The notes under the pieces: model-generated | Told to the model about the DNA's origin: nothing | The model's database searches: none | What the model saw: only the letters and a program-made list of their open reading frames with translations | In this document: piece by piece, positions 50,753-60,689 of the stretch | Numbering within the stretch: the stretch's first letter is position 1 | Layout of the letters: the number at the start of each line of letters is the position of its first letter | Program-made: the position numbers and the translations under genes | NCBI GenBank assembly: GCA_965223115.1 | Contig: OZ244982.1 | Coordinates: 685,628-749,627, forward strand | Source of the DNA: Gammaproteobacteria bacterium | Lineage (GTDB): Bacteria; Pseudomonadota; Gammaproteobacteria; UBA4575 | Reading direction: 5' to 3' | DNA length: 64,000 bases

Positions 50753-51583
50753 TTAATTACAGGCGTTATTCAGAATGGGTAACAAACAATCACGGTAAGG
50801 CCAAACGATACCAAGTTCAGCTTCAAATTCTGTTTCTTCCTGTCGATCTCGACCAGAATAAATTCCAATGAAATTTAGTGTTTCATGAGTAAATCCATTA
50901 ATTTTTGCAGTTTGATTAACTGAATCGGATTGCTTTAAGACAACGGGTGAACCTGAGTACCCTTTTTTAGTTTTACCATCAATATAAAAACGTGGCTCAG
51001 CATTAAAAATTGTCGGTTCAGATGCAATGATGCCTGATTTATAAATTGGAAATTTATTAGGGGTAGTGGAAGCTTCTAATGGATAACCTGTAACAAAGGC
51101 TTGGTCCATTACATTGATTTGTACGTTTTTTTCTAATTCTGTATCAATGTCTAAACAAAAAATATCATTGCCATTAAGTTTATTTGAATTAACTTGAATA
51201 GCCACTACATCTACTTTGCTTCCATAATTTGGGTGTTCATGCCATTGCGAAGTGCCATTATGATCATAAAGTTCAATGACAAGTTCATATGGTTTATGAC
51301 TAGTTCGGTCTAGTTTTGCATGACCGCGAATAATAAGTTGACCAGGCAATGCACAGGTCCTCGTATCAACTGGTTTGTTAGTTTCAAAATTTCTACCTGA
51401 CACCACGTGCCAGTTTGTTACGAAAAAGATTTGGCTTTTATAATTGCACCAAAATCCAGTTGCGCTGCTTAATTTACGTCTAGTTTTTTGAGCTAATACA
51501 TCGACCTGTGCGACTCTTAGAGAATGCTCATGAATTCTAGACATGGGGCCAGAATGCTTATGGTCAGCTTTATTGTTTAACAA
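50753..51583 (-). CDS. Cytoplasmic trypsin-like serine protease
   Basis: ATGF, VTNWHVV (His), DVVAI (Asp), GYP, GYSGSPV (Ser); no signal peptide; start may be ATG 51544. Confidence 0.8.
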   Translation of the reverse strand: MLNNKADHKHSGPMSRIHEHSLRVAQVDVLAQKTRRKLSSATGFWCNYKSQIFFVTNWHVVSGRNFETNKPVDTRTCALPGQLIIRGHAKLDRTSHKPYELVIELYDHNGTSQWHEHPNYGSKVDVVAIQVNSNKLNGNDIFCLDIDTELEKNVQINVMDQAFVTGYPLEASTTPNKFPIYKSGIIASEPTIFNAEPRFYIDGKTKKGYSGSPVVLKQSDSVNQTAKINGFTHETLNFIGIYSGRDRQEETEFEAELGIVWPYRDCLLPILNNACN

Positions 51584-51604
51584 TATCCATTCACTAGGTT
51601 TGCA

Positions 51605-53692
51605 TTATGATTTAGCTTCAGCACGTTCCTTGGCTGCTTTAATGACTTCATCCGCTACATTTTTAGGACAAGGTAAATAATGTGAAAATTCCATAGAAAA
51701 TTGTCCACGCCCTGATGTCATGGTGCGAAGGTCACCAATATAGCCAAACATTTCAGCTAAAGGTACATCTGCTTTGACACGTGTACCTGTTGCGCCTGCA
51801 TCTTGAGATTTGATCATCCCGCGGCGTCGATTTAAATCCCCGATGACGTCACCGACATGATCTTCAGGCGTAAATACATCCACTTTCATAATAGGCTCTA
51901 AAATTTGTGGCGTTGCTTTAGGCATAGATTGTCTGTATGCAGCTTTGGATGCAAGTTCAAAGGCAATTGCAGAAGAATCCACTGCGTGATAGGCACCATC
52001 TGTTAAAGTGACTTTTACATCCAGGCAGGGATAGCCTGCTAAAACACCTATCTCCATCATATTGCCAAAGCCTTTTTCAATGGCTGGCCAATATTCACGC
52101 GGTACATTACCGCCGGTAACGGTAGATTGAAACTGATAGCCACTGCCCACTTCACCTGGTTCGATAACATAGTCAATTTTTCCAAATTGGCCTGCACCAC
52201 CAGACTGCTTTTTGTGGGTATAACTATCTTCAACACGTTGGGTAATAGTTTCACGGTAGGCAACTTGTGGGGCACCTGCAATGACTTCAACATTATGGGT
52301 TCGCTTTAAGATATCGATCTTAATGTCTAGGTGTAATTCACCCATGCCTTTAAGAATGGTTTCGCCACTGTCTTCATCAGTCGAAACATGAAATGAAGGA
52401 TCTTCAGCAACCATTTTACTCAAGGCAATACCCAATTTTTCGGATGCGCCTTTATCTTTGGGTGATACGGCCATAGATATTACAGGATCTGGGAATACCA
52501 TTGGTTCGAGTGTGGCGGGGGAATTGGGATCACAGAGTGTGTGTCCTGTTTGTACGTTTTTCATTCCCAAAACGGCTACAATGTCTCCGGCTTGTGCAGA
52601 ATCTAATTCCTCGCGAGAATCAGCATGCATTTCTACAATTCGGCCAATTCGCTCGGTTTTTCCGGTATAGGTATTTAATACCGTCATGCCCTTGTCTAAT
52701 TTACCTGAATAAATACGAATAAATGTCAGGGCACCATAACGATCATCCATAATTTTAAAAGCCAAGGCACGTAATGGTTTACTAGGATCAACTTCAGCAA
52801 AGTTACCAGTCTCATTACCTTCAAGATCAACTTCAGGCTGTGGCTCTATTTCAGTCGGATTAGGTAAAAAATCAACTACTGCATCTAATACAAGCTGTAT
52901 GCCTTTGTTTTTAAATGCAGAGCCACAATAGGTTGGGAAAAAATCTATTGCAATCGTACCTTTGCGAATGCAGGCCTTGAGTGTGTCGATATCGGGCTCT
53001 TCACCATCAAGATACTTTTCCATAGCATCATCATTGTGCTCTAGAGCAGTTTCGACGAGTTCTTCACGATATTGCTCTACTTTATCGACCATGTCTGCTG
53101 GTACATCTTCGAGCTTATATTTCATGGGATCATCTGAGCCGTCCCATACCCAAGCTTTACGGGTTAATAGGTCTACTACACCAGAAAAATTGTCTTCAGT
53201 GCCAATAGGTAGCGTCATTACCAAAGGTTTAGCGCCCAATACGTTTTTGATTTGATCAACTACACGGTAGAAATCGGCGCCTAATCGATCTAATTTGTTA
53301 ACAAAGATAATACGGGCGACATTAGATTCATTGGCATAGCGCCAATTGGTTTCAGACTGAGGTTCCACGCCCCCAGATCCACAGAAAACACCAACACCAC
53401 CATCCAATACCTTAAGTGAGCGGTATACTTCTATAGTGAAGTCGACGTGCCCTGGAGTATCGATGATATTAAGACGATGATCGTTCCATATCGCACTGGT
53501 CGCTGCAGACTGAATAGTGATACCACGTTCGCGTTCTTGATCCATGAAGTCGGTAGTGGCTTCTCCATCATGAACTTCGCCAATCTTATGGATTTTGCCC
53601 GTCAGACTTAAAATTCGTTCCGTAGTAGTGGTCTTGCCTGCATCTACGTGTGCAAAAATTCCAATGTTTCTATAGTTATCTAATTTGCTCAT
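51605..53692 (-). CDS. fusA: Elongation factor G (stand-alone paralog, not in an rpsL-rpsG-tuf operon)
   Basis: [46 protein letters not shown]. Confidence 0.96.
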   Translation of the reverse strand: MSKLDNYRNIGIFAHVDAGKTTTTERILSLTGKIHKIGEVHDGEATTDFMDQERERGITIQSAATSAIWNDHRLNIIDTPGHVDFTIEVYRSLKVLDGGVGVFCGSGGVEPQSETNWRYANESNVARIIFVNKLDRLGADFYRVVDQIKNVLGAKPLVMTLPIGTEDNFSGVVDLLTRKAWVWDGSDDPMKYKLEDVPADMVDKVEQYREELVETALEHNDDAMEKYLDGEEPDIDTLKACIRKGTIAIDFFPTYCGSAFKNKGIQLVLDAVVDFLPNPTEIEPQPEVDLEGNETGNFAEVDPSKPLRALAFKIMDDRYGALTFIRIYSGKLDKGMTVLNTYTGKTERIGRIVEMHADSREELDSAQAGDIVAVLGMKNVQTGHTLCDPNSPATLEPMVFPDPVISMAVSPKDKGASEKLGIALSKMVAEDPSFHVSTDEDSGETILKGMGELHLDIKIDILKRTHNVEVIAGAPQVAYRETITQRVEDSYTHKKQSGGAGQFGKIDYVIEPGEVGSGYQFQSTVTGGNVPREYWPAIEKGFGNMMEIGVLAGYPCLDVKVTLTDGAYHAVDSSAIAFELASKAAYRQSMPKATPQILEPIMKVDVFTPEDHVGDVIGDLNRRRGMIKSQDAGATGTRVKADVPLAEMFGYIGDLRTMTSGRGQFSMEFSHYLPCPKNVADEVIKAAKERAEAKS

Positions 53693-53838
53693 ATCTATGG
53701 TCTTTATTTAATATATTCAGTAGGTTCTGGTGTTTATATAAGGTATATTATTAGGGTGGCAAGTCTACTTTATTATGTGAAACAAACCAGCCTAATATTC
53801 ATCCATACGTCATGAAATTCACTTCTCAAGCCGCGAAA

Positions 53839-53874
53839 GGCGCGAATTCTGGCTGATCGAAGGCGATGCTTCAA
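53839..53874 (-). promoter_or_regulatory. Sigma70 promoter of fusA with GC-rich discriminator
   Basis: Minus strand TTGAAG, 17 nt, CAGAAT, then TCGCGCC. Confidence 0.6.
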
Positions 53875-53942
53875 TAGGGCGTACGGGGTAAATAGGGTAA
53901 TCAACCTGACTTGCTATTAAAATTCATTTTGTAAACAGTTGT

Positions 53943-54008
53943 ATATTGGGAATCAACAATCTTTTTTCAAGCCTGAGTGCTAAAGTGGTATCCAGTGACT
54001 TTTTCAAG
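53943..54008 (-). promoter_or_regulatory. Tandem sigma32-like promoters with a CIRCE half-site
   Basis: Minus strand CTTGAAAAAGTCACTGGATACCACTTTA, then TTAGCACTC, then CTTGAA-N15-CCCAATAT. Confidence 0.5.
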
Positions 54009-54143
54009 TATTTACGTTTGAATGTCAGCTCATTATGACTCCTCCTGTGGAATCATGTGTGGAGGGTAAGTAACTAAGCTAAAAGAGCCTTTTGTTCTGA
54101 ATCTAGAAATTTAACTCATTCCTCAAATATTAGATCTTCCGTA

Positions 54144-55529
54144 ATGAAAAATGTGTCACTCACTTCAGCGATCGATATACCACATTGGTTGGAACAAGAT
54201 CGGGAGTTAAGTTGGCGTGAGCGCGTTTTACGTGACCAGCAAAAAATACAGGAACTTGATTTGGTGGAGGGACAACCTCTTAAACAAGTTCTCTACTGGT
54301 GGGATAGCGTAAAAACAACAATAACTTCTACAGGTCCTGGTCGTGTCATTGCATCGTTTTTTCGCATAGTCACAATTATCGTAATTGCTGCTGGTTTCAT
54401 AAGTGGAGCAGGATTGGCAAGTGTGTTGCTACATTATGATGGTTCTGAGCCTATAAATATTTTTACTCTTCTAGGTTGGTTGGTATTGCTACCCTTGGTG
54501 TTTATGTTGTTGTCTTTATGTATTCCTGTACTGCGGAAAACCAATTTACTGAATGATATTAATATTGGTGGAATTGTATTGGCAGTTTTGAAGAGAAAAA
54601 ATGCATTATTGGAAACATTTTTTTCTTCGACTTACACAGATGCTAATAAAGAGAAATTGATGCATTGGCGTTTGTTGTTATTTTCGCAGCAATTTGGTGT
54701 GGCATTTTCTTTAGCTGCATTCATAACTTTAGTGGTACATGTGAGTTTTAGTGATTTAGCATTTGGCTGGAGTACAACACTAAAGTTGGATGCCAATACA
54801 TTACATGATTGGACTCGCGGGATGGCTTTACCATGGGCTATGTGGGTTCCCGAAGCAACCCCGTCACTGAATTTAATTGAACAATCACAATTTTTTAGGC
54901 TTGAGAACAGTAGTAATAATCTGGTAGCCGAAGTTCTAACAAATTGGTGGAAATTTATCGCCATGTGTTTGTTTGTCTATGGAATTTTATCACGCTTGAT
55001 TGTAATGATATTTGCTAAATTTAAATATCAACAAGCTATTAATGAGATGCTGATGGAGCATTCTGAAATAACTGCATTGCTAGATCGCATGCAAATACCT
55101 TTAGAACTTGTACAAAGTCATGCCTCACAAGTTAAAGCGGAATCCAATGTTACAAATAATATTTTTAGTGCGATTAAAAATAACGACGTTGTTATTTTAT
55201 GGAATGATATAAAGCTAAACGGTATTAATTTAAATACAAAAAATATTATTAACTCAGGTGGGCAGCACTCATCCAAAGATGACTTAAATGTATTGCAAAG
55301 TTTAAGACTTAGTAATGATACTTATATATATATTGTCACGAAAGCATGGGAGCCACCGTTACTCGAATTTCATGACTTCATAAAAATAGTGCGTGAGCAT
55401 GTCGGTACTCAGATCCCGATTCTTGTGCAACCTGTAGGTTTACAAGGCGAAATTGCAGATGCAACAGATGTAGAAGTCTGGCGGCAAAGTATTGCTAAAC
55501 TTCAAGATCCAAAAATCTATGTGCCATGA
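54144..55529 (+). CDS. DUF2868-family membrane protein
   Basis: LHYDG..PINI, D.AFGWSTTL, WW.F...L..YG...R, WEPPL; overlaps the next gene by ATGA. Confidence 0.75.
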   Translation: MKNVSLTSAIDIPHWLEQDRELSWRERVLRDQQKIQELDLVEGQPLKQVLYWWDSVKTTITSTGPGRVIASFFRIVTIIVIAAGFISGAGLASVLLHYDGSEPINIFTLLGWLVLLPLVFMLLSLCIPVLRKTNLLNDINIGGIVLAVLKRKNALLETFFSSTYTDANKEKLMHWRLLLFSQQFGVAFSLAAFITLVVHVSFSDLAFGWSTTLKLDANTLHDWTRGMALPWAMWVPEATPSLNLIEQSQFFRLENSSNNLVAEVLTNWWKFIAMCLFVYGILSRLIVMIFAKFKYQQAINEMLMEHSEITALLDRMQIPLELVQSHASQVKAESNVTNNIFSAIKNNDVVILWNDIKLNGINLNTKNIINSGGQHSSKDDLNVLQSLRLSNDTYIYIVTKAWEPPLLEFHDFIKIVREHVGTQIPILVQPVGLQGEIADATDVEVWRQSIAKLQDPKIYVP

Positions 55530-56914
55530 CCATGCTTTCATTAACACCAAGATTTGCAGTAGTAGGCCACCCTAATAAAGGTAAGAGTAGTATTGTTTCC
55601 ACATTAGTAGAATCGAGCGACATTCAAATTTCCAATACTCCAGGCACAACGTTGGATAGCCGTGTCTATCCCATGCGTATCAATAATAGAGTGTTGTATG
55701 AATTAGTTGATACGCCTGGATTTCAGCGTCCACGTCAAGTGTTGGACTGGTTAAAGCGAAATAGTGAAGGTGCTCATGATAGAGCTAAAGTGGTTAATAA
55801 ATTTCTAAAAAAGTTTCAAAACAGTGAAAAATTCCACGATGAATGTGAATTATTACAACCGTTGATGGAAGGGGCAGGAATTTTATATGTGGTAGATGGT
55901 TCAAAACCATATGGAATTGAATACGAAGCAGAAATGGAAGTATTGAGGTGGACGGGGAGGCCCCGTATGGCGTTAATCAATATGATTAGTCAAGGAGATT
56001 ATATTGAGGAATGGCGCAAAGCATTAGACCAATTCTTTTCAATCGTGCGTGTGTTTGATGCGTTACGCGCCGATGCCAATAAACGTGTAGCTTTGTTAAA
56101 AAGTTTTTCTGAGCTGAATGAAGAATGGCGGCCTGCATTAACTGATGCTGTTAAAGTACTAAATAAAAATTTACTACAACGTAGAAAACGTTCAGCCATT
56201 GTAATTAAAAATTTATTAGTTGAAGCATTAACGATTAAAATTAAAGAGCGTATTTCAGAAGAAAATGATCCTGGTCCTGTTATTGATAAGTTAGAGAAAA
56301 AAATAAAACTTAAACTTCGTGAAAGAGAAAAAAAAGCCCGAAAAGAAATTGAATATATCTATCGACATCAAAATATTGAGCGTAGTGAGTCAGTCATGGA
56401 GCTTCTTGATATAGATTTATTTTCGACAGAAAGTACAGAATTATTTGGTCTATCTCGTTCACAAATCATGGCTAGTGGTGCCGCTTCAGGAGCCGTTGCT
56501 GGATTGGGTATTGATGTTATGGTTGGTGGTACTTCATTGATGTTAGGCGCAGGATTAGGTGCATTAATTGGTGGTGCATCGGCATTATTTGGATCAGAAA
56601 AAGTTGGCAAACATAAAATGTTAGGCAAATTACTAAGTGATAGAACGATTAGTGTGGGCCCTATAAAAGATGTGAACTTTCCGTGGGTAATTTTAAGCAG
56701 AGCAATACTGCACCATCAATTAATTTCGGAAAGAAATCATGCATTGCGCGAAGCATTGGTAATCAGTACTGAAGCGAGTCAGCAGGTTTCTGAAAAAATT
56801 CCAAAAGAAATGCGAAGTCAATTAAGTAAAATTTTTGCATCCATAAAGCAAAGTGGTCACGATAGTAATAGTAATAAATTTCAACAGATCATTGAGTCAT
56901 TATTGACAGATTAA
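55526..56914 (+). CDS. GTPase with DUF3482 domain
   Basis: GHPNKGKSS, PGTT, DTPG, C-terminal glycine zipper GAASGAVAG.GID...GG.SL..GA..GA.IGG. Confidence 0.8.
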   Translation: MTMLSLTPRFAVVGHPNKGKSSIVSTLVESSDIQISNTPGTTLDSRVYPMRINNRVLYELVDTPGFQRPRQVLDWLKRNSEGAHDRAKVVNKFLKKFQNSEKFHDECELLQPLMEGAGILYVVDGSKPYGIEYEAEMEVLRWTGRPRMALINMISQGDYIEEWRKALDQFFSIVRVFDALRADANKRVALLKSFSELNEEWRPALTDAVKVLNKNLLQRRKRSAIVIKNLLVEALTIKIKERISEENDPGPVIDKLEKKIKLKLREREKKARKEIEYIYRHQNIERSESVMELLDIDLFSTESTELFGLSRSQIMASGAASGAVAGLGIDVMVGGTSLMLGAGLGALIGGASALFGSEKVGKHKMLGKLLSDRTISVGPIKDVNFPWVILSRAILHHQLISERNHALREALVISTEASQQVSEKIPKEMRSQLSKIFASIKQSGHDSNSNKFQQIIESLLTD

Positions 56915-57016
56915 AATATGCTTAGCATATCTTTGCATGCTTAAGATCAAGACTTTTTATAGTTGCCAATAACCATAAACAGTTGTAGTTTATGATTATT
57001 GGGGCATGATATGTGT

Positions 57017-59197
57017 CTATTGTGGTATTGCGAAATCAAATACTTCACCGCCTGGAACTAAAGTAGGATTGATTTGTGTTGAGGTGCCTAGCAGTGAAGT
57101 ATCAACAGAAAATAAATCATCCTCAAATGAATTTTGTTCTGCGGTAAAGATAATACTTGTACCATCTTCTGAATATTCAAAGAAACCTGTATCACCGCCG
57201 AACAAAACAGGATGTACTCGTGTAGAGACGCCAGGGTTACTAAATGCTACTTCAAACAACTCAAAATCTCCGTCAATATTTTGGTCTGCCTGATAAAGAA
57301 TAGCTAGACCATCAGAACGAATATCACTAGTCACTACATCACCATTGAGTACAAGAGGGCTGTTAAGTTTAGTGGTCATACCTGGTGCATTTATATTGAC
57401 TCGATAGAGTTCATCTACATCGTCAACATCTTGATCAGCTCGGTAAGTTATAAAGCTACTATCCGGACTGATTCTAAAGCTTCCACCATATACTGTACGC
57501 CCAGCAATTAAAGGTGGATTTAATTTTGTTGAGGCTCCTAGTGCAGATACATTTACTATGTAAAGTTCTAGGCTGCCATCGATGTCGTCATCTGCACAGT
57601 AAGCAATCATTGTGGAATCTGGTGTAAAGTCCCAATCACAAACATCTGTGAAATTATTTGTGAAGTTTGAATTGACCTTCAGGCTCACACCTAAAGTGTT
57701 GACAGCAACTACATATAATTCACGTACAGTGTCGGTATCTTGATCTGCGCCATAGATGACCCAATTGCCGTCTGGGCTGAATGCCGCACCCGATGCTATA
57801 TTGGTAAATGAAGGAAACGTCGTATTTACTTTGGTGCTGATACCTGGTGTGGATAGGTCCACAAGGAATAACTCAATCGGTAAACTGCCCTGATCATCTA
57901 AATATATTACTTTAGTTCCGTCAGGGCTAAATACGCCACCTGTAACTACGTCTCCACCTGCGATCAGAGGTGGGTTTAGTTTTGTAGTGACGCCTATTGT
58001 AGCGAAATCGACTAGATATAATTCTAAAATGTTATCTACTTCTTGATCAGCATTGTAAGTGAGTTTGGAACCGTCTGGGCTGAATGCAAATTCATCTACA
58101 TCTCCTCCTGCAACTAATGGCGGGTTAAGTTGTGTCGCAACACCAGGGTTTTTGAGTTCGACAGAATATATTTCTTCCTGCCCTACAACATCTTGATCAG
58201 CGATATAAACTACACGGCTGTTATCAGGACTAAGTGCAAAGTCTTCAATATCAGCTCCAACCGGTAAAGTGGGATTGAGTTTGAAGCTCACACCAGGGTT
58301 ATCGGCATCAGCTAAATAAAGATCAGCTTGATTTGCATTGTTTTGTGTTGCGATGTAAACAATTGGATTGGAAGGTGCAGCACTTTGTACAGCTGTACTT
58401 GTTGCACCTCGTGCAGTGCCACCACTGTCTGCAAAACGAATAAATATACGATTATTAGCAGGGTCGAATTGTATTCCACCAATCGCTTGTACAAACACGG
58501 CAAAAGATGCTGTACTTCCACCCGTATAGTTAAAAGTAACAGTAGGGCCGATTGCACTACTACAAGCTCCTAACATATTCGTTTGGCAAATATTAAGTGC
58601 AAGAGGTAAACCTTGCCCTCCATCATCTACACTTACTGTGATATCTCCTGTTGCGCCAACATTTGAAGACCCAACTGCAAATAATGTACTCATTCCTAGA
58701 GGTGATTGAAGATCAACCACAGTGGTTAATCCAACAATATCTGGCACAGGTGAATTATCAGCAGAAAGTAACAGTGTATTGAGACCGAGAGTATTTGCTG
58801 CTGGACTCGTATTGATGCAAGTAAAATTTAAAAATACATTAGTTGGAACAAATGCAGCGGTAGGAGTAAAACTAATAATAAAATTTTGGATGCCACCAGC
58901 GGGGATGTCTATAGGTGTATTTGGACTACCCGTTAAGCTATTCATTGCATCAGTAGTTTGATAACTAAACGTAGATGTCAGGCTTGTGATTGGAGTAATG
59001 TTGCAACTTTGGGCAGTAATAGATCCTCCATTTACAATACTTGCAAACACAGTTGCAGTTTGTCCAACTTGTACAGATCGACTTACGGGTAGTATAGACG
59101 ATGCGATGTTAGCTGATACATTTGTACTGACTAAGAAAGAACAAAAAGCAAGCAGTAGTAAAAGTATCTTTGCATGAGTATAGTGAAGTGGATTCAT
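57017..59197 (-). CDS. Secreted protein: N-terminal beta-rich Cys-containing region plus nine ~50-aa TolB/PD40-like repeats
   Basis: Signal peptide; repeats of type YxADQD.D...ELY.V....PG..TKLNPPL..GGDV..F.FSPDG. Confidence 0.85.
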   Translation of the reverse strand: MNPLHYTHAKILLLLLAFCSFLVSTNVSANIASSILPVSRSVQVGQTATVFASIVNGGSITAQSCNITPITSLTSTFSYQTTDAMNSLTGSPNTPIDIPAGGIQNFIISFTPTAAFVPTNVFLNFTCINTSPAANTLGLNTLLLSADNSPVPDIVGLTTVVDLQSPLGMSTLFAVGSSNVGATGDITVSVDDGGQGLPLALNICQTNMLGACSSAIGPTVTFNYTGGSTASFAVFVQAIGGIQFDPANNRIFIRFADSGGTARGATSTAVQSAAPSNPIVYIATQNNANQADLYLADADNPGVSFKLNPTLPVGADIEDFALSPDNSRVVYIADQDVVGQEEIYSVELKNPGVATQLNPPLVAGGDVDEFAFSPDGSKLTYNADQEVDNILELYLVDFATIGVTTKLNPPLIAGGDVVTGGVFSPDGTKVIYLDDQGSLPIELFLVDLSTPGISTKVNTTFPSFTNIASGAAFSPDGNWVIYGADQDTDTVRELYVVAVNTLGVSLKVNSNFTNNFTDVCDWDFTPDSTMIAYCADDDIDGSLELYIVNVSALGASTKLNPPLIAGRTVYGGSFRISPDSSFITYRADQDVDDVDELYRVNINAPGMTTKLNSPLVLNGDVVTSDIRSDGLAILYQADQNIDGDFELFEVAFSNPGVSTRVHPVLFGGDTGFFEYSEDGTSIIFTAEQNSFEDDLFSVDTSLLGTSTQINPTLVPGGEVFDFAIPQ

Positions 59198-59318
59198 GTT
59201 TAACCTGCATTTTTAATATAGTTATACAAATCATTTTAGTTCTGAGTAACTTAATCTATTTTTTGTTACTCGGTCATAACTGAGTATATACTTTAGATTG
59301 TTGTATCAATGGAGAAGT

Positions 59319-59352
59319 TATTCAATAACAATTTTATTAATGTTATTGAATA
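59319..59352. repeat. Perfect 12-bp inverted repeat in a divergent intergenic region
   Basis: TATTCAATAACA-N10-TGTTATTGAATA. Confidence 0.7.
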
Positions 59353-59598
59353 GGTACTACTGATTCTTTATAAAGAGCTTATTTTTTACTAAGGTTAAAC
59401 TATAAACTTTTAATATAAAATTATCGCTAGGGTTGGAATAAGTTAATCTAATGAAGAAACTTGTCATATAAAATAATTTATTCATCAATCAACCAAATAT
59501 CGGTATTTGTTGCGGCTCAATGCGATTGCAACTGTTAAAATTTTATGAATTATAGATAGTGCAAGTTCTGTGCAAACACTTTTTTAAGGCGGTTTGTA

Positions 59599-60297
59599 AT
59601 GAAAGTGAAGACACTAATTACAATAGCTTTATCCTACTCGTTATTTGGGTTCAGTTCGGAGCCACATTCAAGTTATTTTTCATTTAATACTGATATCTTG
59701 CTTATTCAAGCAGAAGCAGAGGATATAAAAGCTCAATATAAACTTGCACATCATTATGAAGTTGGTATTGGTGTTAAGCAAAATAAATTCTTTGCAAAAA
59801 AATGGTATCGCACAGCAGCCTTGGCTGGTCATGTAGAAGCACAAGTTCGTTTGGGCATGATTTATAAAAAAGATAAAAACTATGTAGAGGCTAAAGAGTG
59901 GTTTCAGCATGCTGCAAACCAAATGCATCCTGAAGGGATTATTAATTTGGCGAGCATGTATGAGAAAGGATTAGGTGTGTTGAGAAATCATAATAAGGCC
60001 AATAAATTATACTTGCAAGCAGCAGAATTAGGTGATGTTTATGCAATGTATAAACTTAGTCAGTTTTATGCCGACAGTGAGCGTGAAGAGGACAATAAGT
60101 ACCAACAATGTGTTTGGATATATCTAGCCAATAAATATTTATCACCAAATTATCCAGTAGAAAAATATAAGCAACTAAAACAACATGTAAAGCTTGATAC
60201 TCATCGATGTGAGAGCATCCTGTCTGAAGAACAAAATAGTAGTGCCAAGCACAAAGCAAATAATTGGCGCCCTAGAATAATCAGCTTTAGTTACTAA
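59599..60297 (+). CDS. Sel1-like repeat protein
   Basis: AQYKLA..Y..G.GV, A.KWY..AA..G...AQ..LG..Y, LA.MYEKG.GV. Confidence 0.88.
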   Translation: MKVKTLITIALSYSLFGFSSEPHSSYFSFNTDILLIQAEAEDIKAQYKLAHHYEVGIGVKQNKFFAKKWYRTAALAGHVEAQVRLGMIYKKDKNYVEAKEWFQHAANQMHPEGIINLASMYEKGLGVLRNHNKANKLYLQAAELGDVYAMYKLSQFYADSEREEDNKYQQCVWIYLANKYLSPNYPVEKYKQLKQHVKLDTHRCESILSEEQNSSAKHKANNWRPRIISFSY

Positions 60298-60689
60298 AAA
60301 GTCGTTTTGCCTAAATAAGAACTAGCTTTAGATATATTAAGCTATAGTTTTTTGCGCATGAATTTGTGGTTCTGTAACTAAAAAGTGGTAAACGTAGTTA
60401 GAAAAAAACCTGAAATCCCAATCACAAATAATATAAATTCAGGAACGAGAAGTTTTTTTAAGTATATAAATACTTTTGAATGCATAGTCATTTAACTTAA
60501 GCTTATATTAGTTATTAAGTACGGCTTTGTCTTTAATAACGATTAGGCAATATATGTGCTAAATGCTTATGCTATAGTTTTCAATAAACTATCAGTGTGA
60601 AAGTTAGAAAAAGAAAAATACGATTAATTCAAGTGCATCCTTGCACCAAATTAAAACAAGTCAAGCTGGATATTATAAAATTGTTATTA

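Noticed and set aside
53828-53900. GC-rich patch upstream of fusA as a riboswitch or tRNA fragment
   Set aside because: Better explained as the minus-strand sigma70 promoter and discriminator; no cloverleaf or known aptamer consensus.
53957-53983. Full CIRCE element
   Set aside because: Only one arm (GAGTGCTAA) is present; the sequence 9 nt away does not match the other arm.
54000-54075. Possible IS remnant or gene start (minus strand AGGAGG...ATG AGC TGA)
   Set aside because: Stops after two codons; no transposase motif, paired terminal repeat or target duplication could be shown.
57017-58363. CRISPR-like or DNA tandem repeat array
   Set aside because: Repeats are conserved at protein level only and diverge at synonymous positions; there are no identical repeats with spacers.
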